Shown in pieces: positions 11,014 through 21,439 of a stretch of DNA of 64,000 nucleotides. Under the pieces are notes generated by a model that saw nothing but the letters and a program-made list of their open reading frames with translations, ran no database searches and was not told where the DNA came from. This DNA comes from a virus: positions 33,956 to 97,955 of the IMG/VR virus record IMGVR_UViG_3300027659_000017; one strand, 5' to 3'. Every line of letters begins with the position of its first letter. Position 1 is the stretch's first letter. The translations under genes and the position numbers were made by a program.

Positions 11014-14000
11014 TGGCAAAATATAGAATAACAAGTATTCCTCAATCATTACCACAAGCTCGTAAAGGAGGGTCATTAAAGTACAAGAAAGCAAAATCTG
11101 GTAAATTAAAAAATTTCTTCTTTGGTAATGAAGGTGATTATGATAATATTGCCATGGATATGTTCAATACGGATATGATGAATGGATCTCCTAGAACTGC
11201 TGCCGGTAATCAACCTATGGTAGAAGTAGAAGGTGCACCACAACCATCATACTGGAATATGCAGCAAGGATGTCCTCCTGGAAAATTCTCTTACAATGGT
11301 CAATGTTTTACAGAAGCCGAGTATGTAGAGTATTCTAAAAGAGAAATGGAAGAGTACGAAAGAAGTATGAACCAGAAGAAAGCTGCTAGTCAACAAAGAT
11401 TTGAAGGTATAGTTCAAGAAAACCAACAACGAGCACAAGAACAAAGTACTAGGTTAAATCAAGAAGAAACTGAAAGATACTATACTAATTTCAAAAACTC
11501 AAAGAAGTCTGATAAGATAGATCCATACATGTCCATTCCTAATTTGAATATGGATAGAATGGTGGATATGGTTGATCCAGAAGGTAATCCTGTTTTAGGG
11601 GAGGATGGTAAGCCACAGCAAGAAACTTTAGGAGATCAATTAAAGAAATCTTTTCTTATTAACGTTACAGAGAATGGATATACACAACTGTATCCAAAAG
11701 ATATTGTCCATGACAGAATCGTTAAGCATGGTTTTCAAGCCGATCAGTTTAAGAATATCTGGGGATTAGATCCTAAACAAGTTAAAGAACAACTTGGAGA
11801 TATAATGAAACTGGCTGATGAACAGTACACTAATACTGTTTTGAACAAGGTTGCTAAAACTGCTATAGAAGAAGGTAAGTCACCGGAAGAAGTAATCAAA
11901 TCTTTACCTACATCATGGGGAGGAAGTGAATTGACTAAATATATTAAGCCATCTCAAGAAGAGGTTGATAAAATCTATTCTGAATTTGTTAAACAAAGTT
12001 TAGAAGGTCTTCAAAAACAAATAGGTGTTAAGGAAGAGGATGGAATGCTGCGGTATGACAGAAGTAAAAAAGCAGATAAACCAAAACTTGATTTTGATTT
12101 TGAAAGTGATATCTATTTAAATGCATATGATGATGATGGTACTTTAACAGCACAAGAAGTAGATCCTGTAAAAGCATATGCTCAGAAGTGGATAGCTTCA
12201 GGAAAGACTGCTAAAGAAAGATATGAAAGACAAATGCAAGTTGATGCTATCAACCGTAAAGATTATTCAAAAACATATGATGAAGCAGTTAAAAATGATA
12301 AAACATTTAAAGAAACATTTAATATAGATGATATTAATTTAAATGCATCCGGAGAGGATATAAATAATATGCCTCCTTCAGATAGAATGCAAACACTTAA
12401 ACTTAATGAGACACGTAGACTTAATGAGATCAATCAAAGCAATTCTGAGAGAGCTGAAGAAAATATAGGAGATAATGCTGTACAAACTAAACGTACTGAA
12501 GATTTAATAAAACTTACAGGTTTTACAGATGACTTTAATAAATTTATGCAAGAACGGCAACGTTTAACTATGTATGGTGTATATAAAAATGCATTAACAG
12601 ATTCAGGAATATCCTATGCAGATAAAGCTAAAGTTCTACAACATCTCAATGACAACAAAGGTGACTTAGCATATAACTATTTGTTTGACAGAAGCCGTGA
12701 TGCTTCTGATCCCTTATCACAAAATAATTATAATTCTGAACTAGGTAGCTTAATGGGTGGAGAAGGTTATGGAAATCTTTTGACACAGCCAAAAATTCAA
12801 CAAGGAAAAGCTCCAGGTGCCGATATTGGTGTAGGTGCTAAAACATGGGATGTCTTAACCAATTGGGGTGATGCTGCTTATCATGGATTAAATGCTTTTA
12901 TAGGTAATAAAGATTTTAGTGATAACATGTGGAGTATTCCAGGTAAATCTTTAAATGAAGTAAAAGCTGATGAAGAAAGATTAGGTATAGATCTAAGAGG
13001 TAACGATCAATTTAATGCTTCACTTGTACCTGAACTTTTAAATAAGTTAAATCCTTTGCATGCAGTAGATGAAATCTATAGAGGTTATAAAAGAAATGGA
13101 CTTAAAGGAGCTTCATCTAAAGCAAGTAAAGCAGCATGGGATGCTACTGAAACTGCAGCAATGTTTATTCCAGGGGGTCAAGGAATTAAATTACTACGTC
13201 AAGCATCTCTATTAAACAATACTCTAAATAAAGGTAGTCTATTAAATAAAATTTCTAAAGGTTTTAATGGACTACAAAGAGGAATTAATAGTCTAGGTTT
13301 GCCTGGACAATATGTAACAAACTACTTTAACAAAAGTCTACCAGCATTTGCTTTTGATGCAGTAAGACCATATGGTGAATTTCATGAAGGTTTTGAAAAT
13401 TTAACAGAAGGAAAAACAACAGAAGGTTTAAAAAACTTGGGATGGGGAACACTTGGTATAACTCCATATATAAGTAAAATACCACGTATTGAATACCAAA
13501 CTCCATCAGGTAGAACATTTGGTATTGGTAATACAGGAACAACTTGGACTACTGCACAAAATGAAAAACAATTTGCAGACTTAATGAAATCTAGTACACT
13601 TGATGATTTAAAAAAAGTTTATTCAGAAGAAAATCAAATTGCAGAAGCTGAACAAGCACTTAATAATGGAACAGCATTTCCAAATTATACATTTACACAT
13701 CCGTTAAAAAGACAAGCTCAACTTTCTGATGATTTTCAAAATATGACTAATCAAGAATTTGCTTTCAAAAATTTAGGATTTGCTCCAAAACCAGGAGGAC
13801 CTTTTCAACTTGGAACTTTCAATAGCCCATTAAAATATTCAGGAAAACTCGGACAGTTACAATTTGGTACAGGAAAATTTTTTCCAGCTAAACTTCAGGG
13901 AATAGAATACAGACCTAATATACAGTATGATACTGCACCTATGACTATTGGTTTTAGAAATGGAGGTTCTATTCCTAAAGCTAATGTAGGTATGATTGTT

Positions 14001-17000
14001 AGTGGACTGCAAAGTTTAGGTAACCCTACAAAGATGAAAACTGGTGGAGCATTACCACCACCTAACTTAGGTAAGATAGTAAAGGTAGCAAACAGTTTAG
14101 CAATTCCTACAAAACAGATGGTAAAGTCGTTACCAAGTATGGGTAATCAACCTGGTTTAGAATGGTTACAAAGGTGGTATTCAAGTCCAGAGTTAGCAAC
14201 AAGAATTTCAAACACTATTGATCCATCTTCTGCTTTTGATCTTAAAAAACATAGTGTTTCTTTAGAAAAGTTAATGGCAGCACAGCCTAAAACATATTCT
14301 CAATTAGCAGCAAAAAACGGTTTACTACAAACTATTCCTTATTATATAGGGACAGGTGGTTTGTACTCAGGTGGTAATTTATATATCAATCGTCTTTTAT
14401 CTAAAGCAAATCAAGAGTCTTTTACAGCTCATGAAGGAACTCATTTATATGATGATCCAAGACATGCTGTAACCCAACCAACGGTAACACAAGAATGGAT
14501 AGGACCTGATGGACAGAGAAGAGTTCAATTTGATGAAAATTCACTTGTCCAAGATGATTATCATTTAGATGCAAATGGAAGACCTACCTTTTTTAATCAA
14601 AAAGAAACCGAAATGTTATTAAAACCTTTTGGTCTTTCTAAACCTCCTTTGTATCCAAACAAAATGGATCTTTTTGGTAATGATTATTTTAGAAGATACT
14701 ATACACATCCAGATGAAATTCATGCTAGAATGAACCAAGGTAGATTTATGCTTAATAAATCTCCAGAAGATCCTTTTACATTAGATGATTTTAATAAAGT
14801 ACAAACTTTAGAGGACTGGTTTGGAATGGGTAAACATATAACAGATAAAAATGCTTTTCTGGATTTGATGAATAAATTCTATGGAGTTGTCCCTGCTGCA
14901 ATAGTAGGTTCTCAACTACTAGATGAAGACACAGAACAAAGAAAAAAAGGAGGATCTACACCAAAAGCTAAAGCAAATCCACCAAGAGTATTGGGAAGAA
15001 CAGTTCAAAGTATTAGTAGTATGTTGAAACCTACTTCTCAATTTAGAACTACCATGAATGCATTAGAAAATTTTGGAAGTACTTTACCTACAAATATGTC
15101 TCTTTTGAATTCAGTTGCTAAACCATTCCAAGGTATTAATAATCCTGTCATGGATTTAAATGTACAAGGCTTACTGAAGTCTCCAACTGATTTGGGTGGT
15201 ACAGGAATAATAGGTTATGGAGATGACATACATAAAGGTGATCCATGGTATCAAATAGATCCTGCAGATTATGGAGGAAGTGAGACATGGAGACAAGAAG
15301 GAAGAACTGATGCTGAAGGATCTATAGAAAGATATCTTGGTAATCTAAAACCATATGGACCGGATGCATTTAATAATATAGGAAACTTTGATTTTGAGAT
15401 AGGATCAGATGGATGGAAAGCAAGAAATGCAATGATGGGAATGGCCAGTCCACTGTACCAACCTCAGAAAACTCTAGGCACAGGAGATTTTTATACATTT
15501 GATGAGTTCAGTAATTTAGTTCAAAAACAAACACAGTATTTAAATGATAGAGCTGCTTTTGATGAAATGTATCCTGAAGACCCAGGTATGAGAATGTGGA
15601 ATGCTTTACGTGGTGATACACAAAGAGATGAAATGTTTGCTAATTTATTTCCCAATTCTGGTATACAAAACTTTAAACAAAAGTTTTATACTCCAGAACT
15701 TTTAGATCTTATGAAAAAAACAGATCGAGATGAAAAAGGTAGAAATTTATATGATCAATTGGTAAGTAATACAAACATGGGTGATAATAAAATGTTAAAC
15801 ATGAGGTCTTTAAATAGTGTAACAAAAGGAGAAGATACTTTACCTTCTACATACAAAGACTTAGTTGAGTACTTAAAACCTGATAGTTATTTATATACGG
15901 CTCCAGCTAAAGAGGTTGTTGGTGAAATGAGAGGAAGTCTTGGACTAAAATTAGAAGACATTAATAATGCTACACCAGAGCAACTTGAAAAATGGAAACA
16001 AGAAATTATTAAAAAAATGTATGAACAAGCTAAAGAAAGATGGGACAAAGATTCAACTATTCCTTTATCTGGTTATGATGCATATGAAAAATTCTTTAGT
16101 AGGTCAGGTTCTAAGAATAAACTTGGAGGAGCTATACCAAAAGCACGACTGGGGTTAAGTGTAATTGGAAAGAATGTAAATAACATAGAAAACATTCTTA
16201 ATGGTACAGCTAAATCAACAAATCTATTAAGACTAGTTGATAGAGCTATTACTCCGGTTGGTTATGGAATAGTTGGAAAAATGTTAGCATCTCCATTTAC
16301 TTATATTAAACCTTATGTGCCGCAAACTTATGGTCTTAAGAATAGATATGATGCATGGAATCTATATAATCAAATACAACCAAAATATGGAGGCCTGAGT
16401 CTTAATGAAGATGGTACAGTTGCGGTAAAAAACTTTGATATTTCAAAACCTATATTAGATCAAATAAGAAATTCAGAAAGAAACTCTTTTGAAACTGAAG
16501 AATTCAATAAGATGAATGGACATTTGGCAATTAACTTTGGTGGTGTTCATGGAAATGGTCTTGTAGCTAAAGGAGTTGATGATACTGGAAGACAGTATAT
16601 GGATTTTACTGATACATGGGATTTACACCCTTTACAAAGATTTGGTAATTTGTTACCCAAGCCAATAAGAAATATTGAAGTTGGTCAAGTAACAGGTGGT
16701 AAACCTTTTGATCTTCGTAATAGAATTTACTTTGATGGAGAAGGAAATTATTTTAATCAAGATGGTACTCCATTAATTACATATAGTAAAGAAGTACCAG
16801 GATTTGACTATACAAATGGAGCATTACAGGTACAGCAAAATGCATCAACAAGAAATATAAAAGAAATTGAATTACCAGATAATAAAAATGTTGAGTTTGT
16901 TGCAAGTTCAGGTGTACCTGAAAATGAATTTCAACAAGTAAATGAAGAATTTAATGATGCTTATCACCAGTCTAATTTAAACAAATTAGCTACAATAGGT

Positions 17001-17264
17001 ATTGGTTTGGGAATAGGTGGTATTAATTCATTTATTGATTATCAAAATAACAAACCTATGCTAATGATTGATGTAAGAACTGGTAAGGTTGTTACTGTTA
17101 CAAAAGCTGAGATGGAAGCAAACCCAGGTAGATACATTAGTACCAAAAATCTAAAACGTGGTGGTGCTATTTCCAAAAAGAAAACAGGTGGTGTAGTAAC
17201 TGAGCTCACTAAAAAAGAAATAGAGCAATATGTTAAAGATGGCTATATCATTGAAGATTACTAA
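11013..17264 (+). CDS. Modular virion-associated protein (coiled-coil N-half, HExxH zincin module, DTWDLHP/GGKPF module; xKGG linkers)
   Basis: The ATG at 11013 overlaps the upstream TGA (TGATG). HEGTH at 14430-14444 with downstream EIHAR. Modules are paralogous to those in 5146..11013. Confidence 0.7.
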   Translation: MAKYRITSIPQSLPQARKGGSLKYKKAKSGKLKNFFFGNEGDYDNIAMDMFNTDMMNGSPRTAAGNQPMVEVEGAPQPSYWNMQQGCPPGKFSYNGQCFTEAEYVEYSKREMEEYERSMNQKKAASQQRFEGIVQENQQRAQEQSTRLNQEETERYYTNFKNSKKSDKIDPYMSIPNLNMDRMVDMVDPEGNPVLGEDGKPQQETLGDQLKKSFLINVTENGYTQLYPKDIVHDRIVKHGFQADQFKNIWGLDPKQVKEQLGDIMKLADEQYTNTVLNKVAKTAIEEGKSPEEVIKSLPTSWGGSELTKYIKPSQEEVDKIYSEFVKQSLEGLQKQIGVKEEDGMLRYDRSKKADKPKLDFDFESDIYLNAYDDDGTLTAQEVDPVKAYAQKWIASGKTAKERYERQMQVDAINRKDYSKTYDEAVKNDKTFKETFNIDDINLNASGEDINNMPPSDRMQTLKLNETRRLNEINQSNSERAEENIGDNAVQTKRTEDLIKLTGFTDDFNKFMQERQRLTMYGVYKNALTDSGISYADKAKVLQHLNDNKGDLAYNYLFDRSRDASDPLSQNNYNSELGSLMGGEGYGNLLTQPKIQQGKAPGADIGVGAKTWDVLTNWGDAAYHGLNAFIGNKDFSDNMWSIPGKSLNEVKADEERLGIDLRGNDQFNASLVPELLNKLNPLHAVDEIYRGYKRNGLKGASSKASKAAWDATETAAMFIPGGQGIKLLRQASLLNNTLNKGSLLNKISKGFNGLQRGINSLGLPGQYVTNYFNKSLPAFAFDAVRPYGEFHEGFENLTEGKTTEGLKNLGWGTLGITPYISKIPRIEYQTPSGRTFGIGNTGTTWTTAQNEKQFADLMKSSTLDDLKKVYSEENQIAEAEQALNNGTAFPNYTFTHPLKRQAQLSDDFQNMTNQEFAFKNLGFAPKPGGPFQLGTFNSPLKYSGKLGQLQFGTGKFFPAKLQGIEYRPNIQYDTAPMTIGFRNGGSIPKANVGMIVSGLQSLGNPTKMKTGGALPPPNLGKIVKVANSLAIPTKQMVKSLPSMGNQPGLEWLQRWYSSPELATRISNTIDPSSAFDLKKHSVSLEKLMAAQPKTYSQLAAKNGLLQTIPYYIGTGGLYSGGNLYINRLLSKANQESFTAHEGTHLYDDPRHAVTQPTVTQEWIGPDGQRRVQFDENSLVQDDYHLDANGRPTFFNQKETEMLLKPFGLSKPPLYPNKMDLFGNDYFRRYYTHPDEIHARMNQGRFMLNKSPEDPFTLDDFNKVQTLEDWFGMGKHITDKNAFLDLMNKFYGVVPAAIVGSQLLDEDTEQRKKGGSTPKAKANPPRVLGRTVQSISSMLKPTSQFRTTMNALENFGSTLPTNMSLLNSVAKPFQGINNPVMDLNVQGLLKSPTDLGGTGIIGYGDDIHKGDPWYQIDPADYGGSETWRQEGRTDAEGSIERYLGNLKPYGPDAFNNIGNFDFEIGSDGWKARNAMMGMASPLYQPQKTLGTGDFYTFDEFSNLVQKQTQYLNDRAAFDEMYPEDPGMRMWNALRGDTQRDEMFANLFPNSGIQNFKQKFYTPELLDLMKKTDRDEKGRNLYDQLVSNTNMGDNKMLNMRSLNSVTKGEDTLPSTYKDLVEYLKPDSYLYTAPAKEVVGEMRGSLGLKLEDINNATPEQLEKWKQEIIKKMYEQAKERWDKDSTIPLSGYDAYEKFFSRSGSKNKLGGAIPKARLGLSVIGKNVNNIENILNGTAKSTNLLRLVDRAITPVGYGIVGKMLASPFTYIKPYVPQTYGLKNRYDAWNLYNQIQPKYGGLSLNEDGTVAVKNFDISKPILDQIRNSERNSFETEEFNKMNGHLAINFGGVHGNGLVAKGVDDTGRQYMDFTDTWDLHPLQRFGNLLPKPIRNIEVGQVTGGKPFDLRNRIYFDGEGNYFNQDGTPLITYSKEVPGFDYTNGALQVQQNASTRNIKEIELPDNKNVEFVASSGVPENEFQQVNEEFNDAYHQSNLNKLATIGIGLGIGGINSFIDYQNNKPMLMIDVRTGKVVTVTKAEMEANPGRYISTKNLKRGGAISKKKTGGVVTELTKKEIEQYVKDGYIIEDY

Positions 17265-17308
17265 ACTTTATAAGTTTATCCATTAAATTAAATTTTAGTA
17301 TATTTATA
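17262..17308 (+). promoter_or_regulatory. Conserved intergenic element copy 1 (TAAACTT-TAT-AAGTTTA hairpin + AAATTTTAGTATATTTA box), putative late promoter
   Basis: Gapless 34/47 identity with 24881-24927. The box ends 15 nt before the ATG at 17322. TAnnTTTA resembles the Bacteroidota -7 element TAnnTTTG. Confidence 0.55.
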
Positions 17309-17321
17309 TATATAAGAAAAT

Positions 17322-20300
17322 ATGAAGAAGCAAGTAAGGATTAGAAAAGCCCTTCCAGGAGAGACCCCGGGTTACTATAACAAGACTGCTAAGTTTTTAA
17401 AAAAGGCAGCCATGGGTATGGAAGTTTCTACTACACGTACAGATCCGGCTAGAATAAATCAAATATATGATCATGTATATATCTCCTTAAAGAATGATGG
17501 AGATGCAGATACATTATATTACCAACTACTTAATCAGTATGCATTAGATAACAATACAGCATCAATGCTTATTGATTCTGCTATGGCTAAACTTGCTGAT
17601 GAAGGATATGTTGATCCTGATACTGTTAAAACTGAAGATACAGAAGGAGCAGAAGGACAACCACAGGATCCTCAGAAAAAAGCAAATGAAGATGCAGAAA
17701 GAGCAGCTTCAGATGCTGAACAAGAAGAGTTGGCAATGTCCAATGATATTTATGCTGAGGATGAGGAAAGAATGAATGATACCTCACACTTAGAGACTGA
17801 ACAAGCCCAACAAGAACAAGGTTTTAAAACAGGTGGTTATTATGATGAAGGTGGTGAAAGTGAGGAAGATGATTCTCAGTATGTTGATCCTGAGCAAGCA
17901 GCATTAGATCAATACTACTATCCGGGTACTCAGATGCAGAGACCTTTCTCTATGGAAGAGTTACTAGCTAACACACCAGGGGTGCAGAATAATGAGATTC
18001 CAGACATACGTTATTACATGCCTGACTATAATCCTGTGTCTAGTTATTATCAAGCAGAAGATTACTTACCTACAGGAGCAGAGGGAGGAGTCACTCCTCC
18101 AATAAAAAATCTTTTTTCTGGATTAGGTTCTAAACTTACATTACCTATTATTCCAACAGGTAACCCATTAACAAACCTTTCAGCAGCTCGTAAGATAATT
18201 TCTCCTTTTACATTACTTGGAGAAGGTATGACAAGATTGCCATATCTAGGAGCTAAGTTTACACCAAAACTAACAACTCCATTTACTCAGAATAGAACTG
18301 AGTTATGGAATGTTCTTAACGGTGCTACCCCTAAATTAGGAACATTCAGTCAGAATGGTACTATGATTGGTGGAGCTGATGGAAGTTTGCAAGCAGATAG
18401 ATTGTTATTGTATCAGGATGACGTTAAGAAAATAACCGAGAAATTAAAATATGGTGAGAATAACTTTACATTAGGTGACATATATCCTACTGCTGAACAA
18501 GATGGTTTAGTTAGTGGTATATATCCAATGGAAACAAAAATCATTGGTGGAGTAGATGACAATGGTAATCAGTTTTTTGAACTCAAGCATGGATTTGGAC
18601 CAAATCAAAAGTTACCTTTTGGAACAACTTCTACTAAAGCTAAAGAAGTTACATTTAAGAATAGGTTCTATTATAACACAGATCCTGAAACTGGTGGTCT
18701 TAAGATTTTTGATCCTCTTGGTAATGAGTTAATGGCAGGTGTACAAACTAAGTCACATGTTAATAGAGGAGTATTACCTTCTTGGCTTAGTGCAAACCGT
18801 GATGTTGTAGGAAGAGACATGAACTTAAGTGGAGAAGGTACACCATTTCCTAGTTATTTTGATTCAGTTGGAAAATTTGGACGAACAAATAATATAACAG
18901 GACTTCCTCCACTTACATGGAATGATCTCAGCACTAGAGGAAAAATTGGTAGAGGTATTGAAACATTTGCAACTACCGGTCTAAATCAATTCTTTAGAAC
19001 AGGTGCAAAGAACATACAGCAAGTAGACTATCCTGTATATGGATATGCAAATGCTGCATTGGGTCCAAACATTCAGAACCCGGCATCTATTCCTTTTTCT
19101 CAAACAGCATCTGATATTAAGAATGCTATTAACTACAAGTACAGATTAGGATTAAAAACAGCATTGTATGCTGGTATTCCATCTTATTTAGGCTATCAGA
19201 TATATGACTCATTTGCAAATCCATGTCAATGTGATGATGCTAATGAACCTAACTTCATGGCCAAGGATACATTTGGTAAATGTCCATGTGGTACAGATGT
19301 GGGACCAACAAGAGTCTTAGATCCAGAAGCTATACCGGTAGAAGAAAATACTGTAGAACCAAGTGACTTGGAAAGACCTGATAGTATTCAATTCTTAGAA
19401 GGCCAACATCCATCTGACTATAATTACTACAGATACAATGATTCAAATATTGTTAATCCAAATATTCAAAATGAAGCTATAGGAGATGACTTTAAGAAAG
19501 GTGGTGTAACTAAGAACAGATTCATTAAGAAAATGGTTGAGATGTATGCCGAAGGTGGTGATACTGATTTAGGACTATTTGGTCAAGGTAAACGTACAGA
19601 TACCTTAACTGATGATGTTACAAATAGAAAGACTTCTTTCTTAAATACATTAAAGAATAATTCAAACAAAGCAGTATCTGCAGATATCTATAAAAATGCC
19701 CAAGGAAATCCACAGGTTCTAAACATGTTGATGAAAGATGGTCCTAAAGAAAATCTTGCAGAAGATGCATTTGAAACAAATAAGTTAAGCACTGATCCTA
19801 CTGCAGCATATGGGGGATTCATTGATATGGATTCTGATGATCCTCTTACAAAATTTATTTATGGAGGAGATGAGACTGAGTACTATGAGCCATATGGATT
19901 AACTCAAGCAAGAGATGGTATTACTATTCAGAATAGAGCAGGAGATCTAAGAGGTGTGCAAGGTCAAATGGACTTTGATGAATGGTCTCAAGGAGAACAA
20001 GAAGATTGGGAAGCTGCAAATCCAGGTGAAGATTTTGAAGCATGGAGAAGCAGTCCAGAAGCACAGGATTCATATATTAATTACATTAATTTTTATAATG
20101 ATTCTTTGGATGAGTACTTTAATGAGGGTCAGAGAACAAGAACATTTGATCCTAATGCACCTGGTGTAGTGTCTGATACTTTTAATCCTTGTGGTCCGGG
20201 TACAGTTTGGAGTAAAACATACCAAACATGTGTCCCAAAAGCTACAATAAATCCCATCCCTACACCAGTAAGAATGCCTCAAGGTTTATTCAGAACACTA

Positions 20301-21431
20301 GCTCCTTGGAATCCAGCATTAACTGCAGCTGGATCATGGGTAAAACAAAAAGGTACTCCATACTATATCAATGATGGTCAATCATACAATGGTCTAATGC
20401 CTTCAACACCTGTAGCTAGTTATACTACCAAAGCAGGTAGAAATGGTGAACGTAAGAAATGGCTTGATATCTATGAAGTAGATGGTGATGGTACAGGTAC
20501 TGAAGTTCCTATGGAAGATTTAAGTCAGTTTGAACAGATGATGAGACATCGTCCTAATAAAGCTGGTAAGAAACCTAGCCGTAAAGAATATCTTAACTCA
20601 AAGTTGAGAGAAGATTCTTGGAACAATGAAAATTGGGATCAATTATCTGAAAGAGATAAGAGAGCAGCTAGAAATACCTACACATTTGAAAATGAAGATG
20701 AGAGAAACTTGTGGGATAATATAAGATATAGAGCTCAAGGAACTAGATATAGTGAATCTGGTAGAACCAAAAAAGTAAAAGAAAGAAGATTGGGTGGTGA
20801 AAGTGAATCCACTAATGGCTTTGGTAACAGTTCTAATTCATCTGTACTAGACCCATTCTCTGCATCAGGAAATCTATCTGCAAATCAGTCTCAAGCAAAT
20901 TCATTAGGTCAGCCCCCTATTAATTATAACCCTATGGGAGATAATCCTTTTTCTTTTGATAAAGAACAAGGACATACCCTAGGTAAATCTGAAAATGCTG
21001 GAGATAAAAAATATGTAGGTGTTGAACGGAAACGAAAGGATATCTACAATCTTGACCCTGAAGGTATGATCAATGTTGGTAATAATGCTGCCAGAGGTGT
21101 ATTAGGTGCCTGGGATAGAATAAAGAATGCAAAGATTGAGTTCAATAACACTCTAGACATCACAGATCCGTATAATAACTATGCATCATCTTATGATATT
21201 AGAAAAGGAAACTGGAATGACACTGGACATAAAGCAGGTTCATTGAATTATGATCAAAAAGGTTCTGATAGAAATAGTCAATCAACCTTTGGTAGTGGTA
21301 AAAGATATGGTGGTTATATGGCCTATGGTGGTTATACTGAACCAGGATATGAAGATGACGAAGAAGTTTACATGACTCCAGAAGAACTAGAACAATTCTT
21401 AGCAGCAGGAGGACAAGTTGAATATTTATAA
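17322..21431 (+). CDS. Large low-complexity virion-associated protein with multiple xxGG motifs and Cys-rich microdomains
   Basis: 1369-aa ORF with FKTGG, YDEGG, AEGG, FKKGG, YAEGG, AAYGG, RRLGG and KRYGGYMAYGG. Contains CQC...CPC and CGPG...CVP motifs. C-terminal tag is shared with neighbours. Confidence 0.65.
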   Translation: MKKQVRIRKALPGETPGYYNKTAKFLKKAAMGMEVSTTRTDPARINQIYDHVYISLKNDGDADTLYYQLLNQYALDNNTASMLIDSAMAKLADEGYVDPDTVKTEDTEGAEGQPQDPQKKANEDAERAASDAEQEELAMSNDIYAEDEERMNDTSHLETEQAQQEQGFKTGGYYDEGGESEEDDSQYVDPEQAALDQYYYPGTQMQRPFSMEELLANTPGVQNNEIPDIRYYMPDYNPVSSYYQAEDYLPTGAEGGVTPPIKNLFSGLGSKLTLPIIPTGNPLTNLSAARKIISPFTLLGEGMTRLPYLGAKFTPKLTTPFTQNRTELWNVLNGATPKLGTFSQNGTMIGGADGSLQADRLLLYQDDVKKITEKLKYGENNFTLGDIYPTAEQDGLVSGIYPMETKIIGGVDDNGNQFFELKHGFGPNQKLPFGTTSTKAKEVTFKNRFYYNTDPETGGLKIFDPLGNELMAGVQTKSHVNRGVLPSWLSANRDVVGRDMNLSGEGTPFPSYFDSVGKFGRTNNITGLPPLTWNDLSTRGKIGRGIETFATTGLNQFFRTGAKNIQQVDYPVYGYANAALGPNIQNPASIPFSQTASDIKNAINYKYRLGLKTALYAGIPSYLGYQIYDSFANPCQCDDANEPNFMAKDTFGKCPCGTDVGPTRVLDPEAIPVEENTVEPSDLERPDSIQFLEGQHPSDYNYYRYNDSNIVNPNIQNEAIGDDFKKGGVTKNRFIKKMVEMYAEGGDTDLGLFGQGKRTDTLTDDVTNRKTSFLNTLKNNSNKAVSADIYKNAQGNPQVLNMLMKDGPKENLAEDAFETNKLSTDPTAAYGGFIDMDSDDPLTKFIYGGDETEYYEPYGLTQARDGITIQNRAGDLRGVQGQMDFDEWSQGEQEDWEAANPGEDFEAWRSSPEAQDSYINYINFYNDSLDEYFNEGQRTRTFDPNAPGVVSDTFNPCGPGTVWSKTYQTCVPKATINPIPTPVRMPQGLFRTLAPWNPALTAAGSWVKQKGTPYYINDGQSYNGLMPSTPVASYTTKAGRNGERKKWLDIYEVDGDGTGTEVPMEDLSQFEQMMRHRPNKAGKKPSRKEYLNSKLREDSWNNENWDQLSERDKRAARNTYTFENEDERNLWDNIRYRAQGTRYSESGRTKKVKERRLGGESESTNGFGNSSNSSVLDPFSASGNLSANQSQANSLGQPPINYNPMGDNPFSFDKEQGHTLGKSENAGDKKYVGVERKRKDIYNLDPEGMINVGNNAARGVLGAWDRIKNAKIEFNNTLDITDPYNNYASSYDIRKGNWNDTGHKAGSLNYDQKGSDRNSQSTFGSGKRYGGYMAYGGYTEPGYEDDEEVYMTPEELEQFLAAGGQVEYL

Positions 21432-21439
21432 GCAAACCA

